From positions 6,976,389-7,040,388 of the forward strand of contig CM121343.1 of NCBI GenBank assembly GCA_051530055.1: 64,000 nt of DNA. The letters are read 5' to 3'. A program made the position numbers and the translations under genes. Positions 14,801 through 25,284 of the stretch are shown here, in pieces. The notes below the pieces were generated by a model, which did not search any database, had not been told where the DNA came from, and saw only the letters and a list, made by a program, of their open reading frames with translations. Numbering within the stretch: position 1 is the stretch's first letter; every line of letters begins with the position of its first letter. Source of the stretch: Neoechinorhynchus agilis (taxonomy: Eukaryota > Animalia > Acanthocephala).

Positions 14801-17800
14801 AAGTTTTTGAATGGCGTTTTTCAATGACCAGTTAAGTAGTGAACCGGATTGTCTCCGATTTTTTCAAGAGAACGCTCTTTCTAGACAAAAGAGAGGATAA
14901 TGATGGTATTAAAAACCTTAAAAGTAGTTCTATGCATGGAATTAACACGATTTAAGTTTTTGAATGGAATTTTTCAATGACCAGTTAAGTAACGGACCAG
15001 ATAGTCTCCGATTTTATTCAAAAGAACGCTCTTTCTAGACTAAAGAGAGGCTAATGATGGCATAAAAAACCTAAAAAGTTGTTCTATGCATGGAATTAAC
15101 ACGATTTAAGTTTTTGAATTGCATTTTTCAATGACCAGTTAAGTAGTGGACCGGATAGTCTCCGATTTTATTCAAAAGAACGCTCTTTCTAGACTAAAGA
15201 GAGGCTAATGATGGCATTAAAAACCTTAAAAGTAGTTCTATGCATGGAATTAACACGATTTAAGTTTTTGAATGGAATTTTTCAATGACCAGTAAAGTAA
15301 TGGACCGGATAGTCTCCGATTTTTTCAAAAGAACGCTCTTTCTAGACTAAAGAGAGGATAATGATGGCATTAAAAACCTTAAAAGTAGTTCTATGCATGG
15401 AATTAACACGATTTAAGTTTTTGAATGGAATTTTTCAATGACCAGTAAAGTAATGGACCGGATAGTCTCCGATTTTTTTCAAGAGAACGCTCTTTCTAGA
15501 CTAAAGAGAGGATAATGATGGCATTAAAAACCTTAAAAGTAGTTCTATGCATGGAATTAACACGATTTAAGTTTTTGAATGGCATTTTTCAATGACCAGT
15601 TAAGTAACGGACCGGATAGTCTCCGATTTTATTCAAAAGAACGCTCTTTCTAGACTAAAGAGAGGATAATGATGGCATTAAAAACCTTAAAAGTAGTTCT
15701 ATGCATGGAATTAACACGATTTAAGTTTTTGAATGGCATTTTTCAATGACCAGTTAAGTAACGGACCGGATAGTCTCCGATTTTATTCAAAAGAACGCTC
15801 TTTCTAGACTAAAGAGAGGATAATGATGGCATTAAAAACCTTAAAAGTAGTTCTATGCATGGAATTAACACGATTTAAGTTTTTGAATGGCATTTTTCAA
15901 TGACCAGTTAAGTAGTGGACGGATAGTCTCCGATTTTTTCAAAAGAACGCTCTTTCTAGACTAAAGAGGAGGATAATGATGGCATTAAAAACCTTAAAAG
16001 TAGTTCTATGCATGGAATTAACACGATTTAAGTTTTTGAATGGCATTTTTCAATGACCAGTTAAGTAGTGGACCGGATAGTCTCCGATTTTATTCAAAAG
16101 AACGCTCTTTCTAGACTAAAGAGAGGATAATGATGGCATTAAAAACCTTAAAAGTAGTTCTATGCATGGAATTAACACGATTTAAGTTTTTGAATGGCAT
16201 TTTTCAATGACCAGTTAAGTAATGGACCGGATAGTCTCCGATTTTTTTCAAAAGAACGCTCTTTCTAGACTAAAGAGAGGATAATGATGGCATTAAAAAC
16301 CTTAAAAGTAGTTCTATGCATGGAATTAACACGATTTAAGTTTTTGAATGGCATTTTTCAATGACCAGTTAAGTAACGGACCGGATAGTCTCCGATTTTT
16401 TCAAAAGAACGCTCTTTCTAGACTAAAGAGAGGATAATGATGGCATTAAAAACCTTAAAAGTAGTTCTATGCATGGAATTAACACGATTTAAGTTTTTGA
16501 ATGGCATTTTTCAATGACCAGTTAAGTAACGGACCGGATAGTCTCCGATTTTATTCAAAAGAACGCTCTTTCTAGACTAAAGAGAGGATAATGATGGCAT
16601 TAAAAACCTTAAAAGTAGTTCTATGCATGGAATTAACACGATTTAAGTTTTTGAATGGCATTTTTCAATGACCAGTTAAGTAGTGGACCGGATAGTCTCC
16701 GATTTTATTCAAAAGAACGCTCTTTCTAGACTAAAGAGAGGATAATGATGGCATTAAAAACCTTAAAAGTAGTTCTATGCATGGAATTAACACGATTTAA
16801 GTTTTTGAATGGCATTTTTCAATGACCAGTTAAGTAACGGACCGGATAGTCTCCGATTTTTTCAAAAGAACGCTCTTTCTAGACTAAAGAGAGGATAATG
16901 ATGGCATTAAAAACCTTAAAAGTAGTTCTATGCATGGAATTAACACGATTTAAGTTTTTGAATGGCATTTTTCAATGACCGATAGTTCCGATTTTTTTCA
17001 AAAGAACGCTCTTTCTAGACTAAAGAGAGGATAATGATGGCATTAAAACCAGATAGATAATCTCCGATTTTTTTCAAAAGAACGCTCTTTCTAGACTAAA
17101 GAGAGGATAATGATAACATTAAAAACCTTAAAAGATATCTCCGATTTTATTCAAAAGAACGCTCTTTCTAGACTAAAGAGAGGATAATGATGGCATTAAA
17201 AACCTTAAAAGTAGTTCTATGCATGGAATTAACACGATTTAAGTTTTTGAATGGCATTTTTCAAAAGAACGCTCGATTTTTTCTAGACTAAAGAGAGGAT
17301 AATGATGGCATTAAAAACCTTAAAAGTAGTTCTATGCATGGAATTAACACGATTTAAGTTTTTGAATGGCATTTTTCAATGACCAGTTAAGTAACGGACC
17401 GGATAGTCTCCGATTTTATTCAAAAGAACGCTCTTTCTAGACTAAAGAGAGGATAATGATGGCATTAAAAACCTTAAAAGTAGTTCTATGCATGGAATTA
17501 ACACGATTTAAGTTTTTGAATGGCATTTTTCAATGACCAGTTAAGTAACGGACCGGATAGTCTCCGATTTTTTCAAAAGAACGCTCTTTCTAGACTAAAG
17601 AGAGGATAATGATGGCATTAAAAACCTTAAAAGTAGTTCTATGCATGGAATTAACACGATTTAAGTTTTTGAATGGCATTTTTCAATGACCAGTTAAGTT
17701 GGACCGGATAGTCTCCGATTTTTTCAAAAGAACGCTCTTTCTAAGAGAGGATAATGATGGCATTAAAAACCTTAAAAGTAGTTCTATGCATGGAATTAAA

Positions 17801-19885
17801 GATTTAAGTTTTTGAATGGCATTTTTCAATGACCAGTTAAGTAACGGACCAGATAGTCTCCGATTTTTTCAAAAGAACGCTCTTTCTAGACTAAAGAGAC
17901 TAATGATGGCATTAAAAACCTTAAAAGTAGTTCTATGCATGGAATTAACACGATTTAAGTTTTTGAATGGCATTTTTCAATGACCAGTTAAGTAACGGAC
18001 CGGATAGTCTCCGATTTTTTTCAAAAGAACGCTCTTTCTAGACTAAAGAGAGGATAATGATGGCATTAAAAACCTTAAAAGTAGTTCTATGCATGGAATT
18101 AACACGATTTAAGTTTTTGAATGGCATTTTTCAATGACCAGTTAAGTAACGGACCGGATAGTCTCCGATTTTTTCAAAAGAACGCTCTTTCTAGACTAAA
18201 GAGAGGCTAATGATGGCATTAAAAACCTTAAAAGTAGTTCTATGCATGGAATTAACACGATTTAAGTTTTTGAATGGCATTTTTCAATGACCAGTTAAGT
18301 AACGGACCGGATAGTCTCCGATTTTATTCAAAAGAACGCTCTTTCTAGACTAAAGAGAGGATAATGATGGCATTAAAAACCTTAAAAGTAGTTCTATGCA
18401 TGGAATTAACACGATTTAAGTTTTTGAATGGCATTTTTCAATGACCAGTTAAGTAACGGACCGGATAGTCTCCGATTTTATTCAAAAGAACGCTCTTTCT
18501 AGACTAAAGAGAGGATAATGATGGCATTAAAAACCTTAAAAGTAGTTCTATGCATGGAATTAACACGATTTAAGTTTTTGAATGGCATTTTTCAATGACC
18601 AGTTAAGTAACGGACCAGATAGTCTCCGATTTTTTCAAAAGAACGCTCTTTCTAGACTAAAGAGAGGCTAATGATGGCATTAAAAACCTTAAAATGTAGT
18701 TCTATGCATGGAATTAACACGATTTAAGTTTTTGAATGGCATTTTTCAATGACCAGTTAAGTAACGGACCGGATAGTCTCCGATTTTATTCAAAAGAACG
18801 CTCTTTCTAGACTAAAGAGAGGATGGCTAATGAGTGGCATTAAAAACCTTAAAAGTAGTTCTATGCATGGAATTAACACGATTTAAGTTTTTGAATGGCA
18901 TTTTTCAATGACCAGTTAAGTAGTGGACCGGATAGTCTCCGATTTTTTCAAAAGAACGCTCTTTCTAATTAAAGATTTAAGTTTTTGAAGGCATTTTTCA
19001 ATGATGGATGATCAAAAGAACGCTCTTTCTAGACTAAAGAGAATAATGATGGCATTAAAAACCTTAAAAGTAGTTCTATGCATGGAATTAACACGATTTA
19101 AGTTTTTGAATGGCATTTTTCAATGACCAGTTAAGTAACGGACCGGATAGTCTCCGATTTTATTCAAAAGAACGCTCTTTCTAGACTAAAGAGAGGATAA
19201 TGACGGCATTAAAAACCTTAAAAGTAGTTCTATGCATGGAATTAACACGATTTAAGTTTTTTGAATGGACCGGATAGTTTTTCAATGACCAGTTAAGTAG
19301 TGAACCACGATTAAGTCTCCGATTTTTTCAAAAGAACGCTCTTTCTAGACTAAAGAGAGGATAATGATGGCATTAAAAACCTTAAAAGTAGTTCTATGCA
19401 TGGAATTAACACGATTTAAGTTTTTGAATGGCATTTTTCAATGACCAGTTAAGTAACGGACCGGATAGTCTCCGATTTTTTCAAAAGAACGCTCTTTCTA
19501 GACTAAAGAGAGGCTAATGATGGCATTAAAAACCTTAAAAGTAGTTCTATGCATGGAATTAACACGATTTAAGTTTTTGAATGGCATTTTTCAATGACCA
19601 GTTAAGTAACGGACCAGATAGTCTCCGATTTTATTCAAAAGAACGCTCTTTCTAGACTAAAGAGAGGATAATGATGGCATTAAAAACCTTAAAAGTAGTT
19701 CTATGCATGGAGTCCCCGATTTTATTATAAGAGAATTAACACGATTTAAGTTTTTGAATGGAATTTTTCAATGACCAGTAAAGTAATGGACCGGATAGTC
19801 TCCGATTTTTTTCAAGAGAACGCTCTTTCTAGACTAAAGAGAGGATAATGATGGCATTAAAAACCTTAAAGTAGTTCTATGCATG
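2851..19885. repeat. Satellite A: about 110 tandem copies of a ~154 bp AT-rich monomer (contains XbaI and NsiI sites)
   Basis: Marker GACCAG at 15594, 15748, 15902 (period 154); continuous over 17 kb. Confidence 0.98.
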
Positions 19886-20012
19886 CTTATCCAGAATTCT
19901 TGTGTTGACTCACAATAGCAAGAATACGGCTTTTGCATTGTGTAAAAGGTCTGAGGGGTGGCGGCGTGCGTCGTTTGTTCATCCATGTGAAAAAAGTGCG
20001 ATATTTACGTAG

Positions 20013-21691
20013 CTCACTAATAAATTCGGTCCTATATCGGCTCTTGACTTCCAAGATATATCTCAGTGCACAATTCTTTGCTATCTCGCTGTCAATAAAT
20101 GTCTAGAAGAGAATGCTGCTGCATTAAATGTGTGAGTATTCTTCACATCGTTAGTGAAAAAAGTGATAGTTGTATTTAATTTGTTACCGAATATAGATTT
20201 CGTCCGAAGATTACAGGGAATCTGGATCAGAAGTTTCAGTTACGAGCGAACGTTTCCAAGATGATAAGGATACAATGCAGTGGTATTCTAAAGCAAATCA
20301 ACATACATTCTATCCCAGAAGATTGGAAGCTAGTCAGCGCCAGTGTATAGATGAGAGCGCTTTTAACTGTGGACCAACTGACGTATTCTAGAAGGGTCCT
20401 CAAGGTTTCTAGGGGAACAGAATATTGTTTGAGTTTAAAGGATGTGCCCTAAAACGTGTAGATCCACACCGGAAAAAATATGAAGTTTAACATAGTGCCG
20501 AACTTTAAGGGAAAAACCCAGCATTTGTGATCTTATGAAATATTTTCACGCAAAAAAATCACTTTTAATAAGTAGACAAACCTTCGTCGATGAATGCTAA
20601 ATACTGTTTAGATTTGCAGCTCTAAAGTTTCCCGATCCATTATAAATTCTAACGATAGCGTGAATCATTGCTAGACTCTTCAGGCGCATGTCTCAATTTT
20701 AGATAATTTAATTTGACAAATACGACCTGGAGTTTATTTGCCTTCTAGCTTTCGCCGATTTACGGCTTCAACTAGGCAATTGTTTCCGGAACAAAGCTTA
20801 CTCGAATTTTCCGCGTGTTGAAGCCGTAAAACGACGAATGCTAGAAGACAAATAAATAAACTCTAGGTCGTATTTGCCAAATTAAATTATCTAAAAATAA
20901 ATTCAAACAAGAATTCTGAAAGAAGATATTAGATGTGAAGCCGACAATTGAAAAAAAACAATTCTTATCTCAACATTAACGGCGGACTAAAAATTAGGGT
21001 GCCAACTTTGTTTTGAGGCCACAATTGGGCTGACACAAACCGAATTATCAGAGTTTTTGATTTGTAGAAGGTTATTTTGTCTACATATGAAAATATGCGG
21101 AAAATCCCATCGCTTGCCTCGAAGACTCTGAGCGTAGAAGAGTGTTATGAGAATTGCCGAGCGCTGCTCACGACATTGAACGAGAGCTCACCTACAATGC
21201 AAAGGTGGCGAATAAGGCGTCTGAAAACTCCATTACCGACGGTTCGTGCACCAATTGCGAAACCGAGCAGTCCGGACAGTGCAATGATGACAAGTGGATC
21301 TTCAGTAGATAGCGATGAAATGCATGGGCATTTCCCTAGTCAATCGCCATCTTGTGTTTACGAGAATATTATGGATTTAATTGACCGCAAGAACGTTCAA
21401 TGCCAAACCCAAAATACTAGCAAAAAGGACGTTTGCATCCAAGTTAACATTGCAAACACTCTTAAATCACCGAATGTTCTTTTAAGCGAAAGACGCAAGC
21501 ACGTATTCATGCAAGACGCTGAAACAAATACGGACGACAGTGAGGTTATTAGCCACTGCGATTTTATTGCATCCACTAACCAATCAAAGGGAAGGAAAAA
21601 GCCATTCATGTTTGTGTGCGATTTAACTGATGTTGTCATGAATGAAAGTGTTTCATCGTCCACCAGAAGTTTGGTGAACCATGACGGATAG
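20013..21691 (+). CDS. Putative spliced gene, possible tyrosine-kinase docking adaptor; terminal exon has three YEN motifs
   Basis: Terminal exon 21068-21691 follows a TTTGTAG acceptor (phase 0), is open for 207 codons, is Ser-rich and contains YENM, YENC, YENI. Frame-compatible upstream exons 20013-20131 and 20197-20344. Family identity not established. Confidence 0.4.
20697..20896. mobile_element. MITE-like foldback element, ~80 bp imperfect terminal inverted repeats
   Basis: TTTTAGATAATTTAATTTGACAAATACGACC...TTTTACGGCTTCAAC is mirrored by GTTGAAGCCGTAAAAC...GGTCGTATTTGCCAAATTAAATTATCTAAAA. No clear TSD. Confidence 0.7.
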
Positions 21692-22440
21692 AAATTAATC
21701 TAACCAATAAACTCGATGATCATAGCCATTATTTTCCAATTAGATTCTAACTCATCGGAATTCATTACCGTTAAGAAATTGCAGGACCCACGTTCAATCA
21801 GAAACTCCGATTTAACTTTGGCATTTCGCATTAAAAATCTAAATATTCATCTTTATAAAAAATGCTCGGATAAGTTCTTCGGAAAGTCGCCATTTTAAAA
21901 CAAAAGCTTCACGTTTCGCCCGATGGCATTTGTTGGCCTCAGCGATTTCTCTATCAATCTTACTAAAACTAGGCTTCAAGAGTGGATTTATTGATGACGT
22001 AAAACCAATGAATCCATATGGGTATTCATATCGAGAGAAAATCCATTAGGATGGTAAACTTTGAATTGTGGTGAAGATAATCCCGGTTATAAATCATTTT
22101 ATTGTACTAAAAACTCAATGTGACAAAGTATAAATGAGTCAAACAATGCAGGGCACTTCGAAAAGAATCGCCCAACATAAACAGGTCTTTCGCCGTTTTG
22201 ATCATTCATTCGCCATTTCAAACGACCAGGAATCTATGCAACATTGCATAGATGGGACGCATTTTGTCGGGAAGGAGCAAAATCTTCCTTGCATACATCT
22301 CTGTGGCCAATGGAAGGCAATGAAGCGAGTTTCAGTGTAAAACTACCTGCCAGTGACGTAGTTAAAATCAATAGAATATTTAAAGATAAATTCCATGAGT
22401 ATGTGGCGATGAGGAATAATCGTATCAATGAATAACTTTA

Positions 22441-22481
22441 ATTGAAATATTTCGTCCAATCGCACTGGACTTCTTCAGTCA
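22441..22481 (-). ncRNA. Minimal hammerhead ribozyme core in the Penelope pseudo-LTR (inverted arm)
   Basis: Minus strand TGA-CTGAAGA-A-GTCCA-GTGCGAT-TGGAC-GAAATATT-TCA: conserved core, perfect 5 bp stem II, palindromic ATAT stem III, 3 bp stem I, one extra A after A9. Confidence 0.6.
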
Positions 22482-22845
22482 GGTATCTAAAAAGCAATTC
22501 GGCAACCCGTACGTTTCTTCAGTTGTAGTTTATTGACGATTCCTCCTCTGAGAGTTTATCCAAGGTCTTATTGGCAGGCCACCAGAGCAAACGTACGCTC
22601 GTCTATTCCACACGAAGAAATAATCTTCATGGTCTGACCTGTCCGAGGATTCGCGAAGGCCCAAGTGGTGCTCTTGGATTGTGATCGCTGCTATATTAAT
22701 CGGACCATAAGATTGAACGTGTTATCGTGGAGGCCATGTTCATTCACATAGCCAATACCTTCGAGGGAAACAAGTCAGATTATTCCCTTAAGTTGAGGAT
22801 ACCTCCGGACGAGATATTGAGGCTGCCAAATTGCTTTTTAGATAT

Positions 22846-22888
22846 TTAACTGAAGAAGTTCAGTACAGTTGGACGAAATATTTCAATT
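22846..22888 (+). ncRNA. Minimal hammerhead ribozyme core in the Penelope pseudo-LTR (sense arm)
   Basis: CTGAAGA-A-GTTCA-GTACAGT-TGGAC-GAAATATTTC. Stem II is kept with one G.U pair although the loop differs; stem I is weak. Confidence 0.55.
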
Positions 22889-23180
22889 AAAGTCATTCTT
22901 TGATATGATGTTTTCCCCACCGCCACTTCAATAGAACACACGATACAGTGCAGGATTTACTACGAGTAGACACACGGTTTTGTCAGGATTCAATAATCGC
23001 ATATTTCGATTTTAAACCACTGGTTAAAGTTTTAATCTGCTTTAAACCTTCAAGTGGCCGTTTCACTTAGCTAAACGTTTAAGATTTCTTAACATTTGTT
23101 TTTGTTTGCTCAAAATGATAATTATTTTATTCCTTCGAATTCCACGATAAGACACTTAAATGTAGAATGTTAGATTTAAT

Positions 23181-23416
23181 GCTATTGAGAGAAAATCCAT
23201 CGGGATGGAAACTTTTTGACTTATGGTGAAGATAATTACGGTTGAAGGGTTTACGAGCGGGCTCAGGGTCCCAGGACCTTGTTGGAAGTAGCTAATTAGA
23301 CAAGACACTGAAAACAACCATAACCAAAACCTTAAGCGAGGTTTAGTCTTTCGAAATATTTCCTAATAATAAAATGATTTTTATCCGGGTGATTATCTTC
23401 ACCACAAGTCAAAATG
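23181..23416. repeat. Inverted pair of a dispersed ~110 bp repeat family (other copies near 22021-22090, 23975-24056 and 45.9-47.15 kb)
   Basis: TTTTGACTTATGGTGAAGATAATT (+, ~23215) vs GATTATCTTCACCACAAGTCAAAA (~23390). Shared GAGAAAATCC..GGGAT and CGAGG..TTTCGAAATAT blocks. Confidence 0.6.
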
Positions 23417-24616
23417 TTAGATTTATATCATCGCACCTCCTTCTAACAATGGTAAATAAAATAGACATAACAAAAAATTCAATTTTTTTATCATAGTAGA
23501 CCTGATAATATTTTTTTGGACAATTCTACATCCCAAAAGTGGACAAACGACTTTGGGTTTCTTTGAAAAGATCAACAATCCCTCAAATGCTATTTATTTG
23601 TTTGTAGCGCTAACGGCTGACTATGTCAATAATGGACATTGCAAGTCCTTAGAATGATTTCCTACCTTGCAAAGTTTTCTCTTAGGTCAAGAAATAATCA
23701 AATTGGGCGGGACATCACAAACCTCCTTTCGATTAAATTTTGGTGGCAAGTTAACGTTTTGCCCGCAAGACCGTTGGGTTTTTAATGAAAACCATTTCGA
23801 ATATTTAATGGCGAAACTAATTTTTGATAGGTTGGATTATCGCGTGATTGCAAAAGAACGTACTTTTATAATTTTTACAAATCTGAAAAAATGAACTATG
23901 TTCGCTTTGAATCATTTGCACGGGAGTAAAATTCAGCAAGATTATTTGGTGATTTTTAAATGGTTTTGACACCGCAGGCGAGATTTAGTCTTTCGAAATA
24001 TCATTAAAAAATAAAATGGATTTTATCCGGGTAATTATCTTCACCACGAGTCAAAATCATAAGGATATTTAGCGATTGTAGCAATTTTAAACTTGTGAGA
24101 ATATGTGGGAAAGCGTCAGTCTTCTTCACAGCGTAATTGTGAGTTTAGTTTTGACAAATCTTTTCAGCTAGGATATGAAGTTATGATTCATTTCTCAACG
24201 AATTTTTTTGTACTTTAAGATCATGATAAAAAAAGTTAGTTAAAGGAACGTTTTATCCGACAATAAGTAAAGAATGAAGATTGAACTATTCATGTTTGTA
24301 TATGGCGGAGAAATTAAAAGAATTTATTAAATCCAATTGGTCTCGGATCGTGTTAATTCCTTTAATATTTTCGGAATAAGCGATAACTCACGCACAAAAT
24401 AGACATCGATTTCCAATAAGAAATGAATTTTTAGAAGAACCTAATGAGTATGAAGGAGGTGAGTAATGTTATGGTTGAAGGAAACGTTGAAAGGTAGAAG
24501 ATATTTTTAAATTAAACACGATTAAGGCTCTTCAATTTTAAAGGGATTCACATTGAACACTTTACTGAAAGACTAAGTTTACTTACCTCAAAATGATGCA
24601 AAACGGATTAGATTAT

Positions 24617-25125
24617 CTAGTCATCGTCGCCGTCGTGTTTTTTGTGTTCACTGGAATCTACGAGTTTCTTAAGACGCTCTCTATGTTCCTTTAGTTGATT
24701 CTATCGACCGATCACGCGTCCAAATCAAAACAATTCGTATAGACTCACCGCATGTCGTGAAATTTCATCTTGGTGATACTCGATTTCCTTTAAATACGCT
24801 TTTCTCAGATTTTTTATCTGCTCTTGTTCCTACAGTCCAAAAGGATTAAATAAATTCCGAAGAAAAACAATCACCAATTTCTTGAAATAAACGTTTTCAG
24901 CCGATTGCTCTCTCCGCTTCCAAACCTCCCCAGCGTCACTAAAAACGCTTTAAGGAAGATTCAGCAAATAAAAAACTACCTAACGTGACCATCGTCACTG
25001 ACGAAACGAATGTAAATCCTCTGATCCTTGTTACTGCAAAAATCCAATTACATGCAAAAGAATCAGGCAAAACCTTACATTCTAGCCACAGCAGCGTTCA
25101 ATCCACGACGAAGCAAAGAAGCCAT
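24617..25125 (-). CDS. ATP5IF1: Mitochondrial ATP synthase inhibitor IF1 (109 aa precursor), 5 exons; absent from the ORF track
   Basis: Exons 25125-25079, 25033-24980, 24938-24875, 24829-24749, 24700-24617; GT-AG introns of 45, 41, 45, 48 nt. Product MASLLRRGLNAAVARINKDQRIYIRFVSDDGHVSDAGEVWKRREQSAENVYFKKLEQEQIKNLRKAYLKEIEYHQDEISRHANQLKEHRERLKKLVDSSEHKKHDGDDD aligns with IF1 EAGGAFGKREQAEEERYF plus the His-rich coiled coil. Confidence 0.92.
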
Positions 25126-25284
25126 TACGAAGAACGATTTGAATAACAAAATTTCTCAATGTGGAGAACGATTCTTCCGTGTTCAATCGGGTTAAAACCG
25201 TAGGATGCTCCCAAAAAACCTTCATAAACGCGTACAAGATTGTGCCGAAATATCGGATTTAATAAATTCTTTTAGTTTTTACGC

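Larger units (their letters stand above)
22119..22926 (+). mobile_element. Decayed Penelope-like retroelement remnants: two GIY-YIG C-terminal fragments plus an inverted pseudo-LTR pair
   Basis: 22119-22400 translates CDKV*MSQT..KRIAQHK..HCID..VGKEQNL then EGNEASFSVKL (cf. Penelope C..YIGQT..RI.QH). 22700-22850 gives HKIERVIVEAMFIH..EGNKSDYSLKL. Imperfect inverted repeats at 22403-22510 and 22820-22926. Confidence 0.7.

Noticed and set aside
16980-19760. Rearranged or truncated monomers in the right part of satellite A (16980-17290, 18960-19320, ~19710)
   Set aside because: Short out-of-phase fragments look like consensus or polishing errors; not interpretable without reads.
2851-19885. Common ancestry of satellite A with G/H (shared AAGAACG, CACGATTTA, ATARTCTC; similar length)
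   Set aside because: Shared blocks are short and not in the same order or spacing; could be chance in AT-rich DNA.
24302-24466. Small ORF MAEKLKEFIKSNWSRIVLIPLIFSE*AITH.. resembling a small mitochondrial membrane subunit
   Set aside because: In-frame TAA, no convincing family match, and its first 34 bp are one arm of an inverted repeat.
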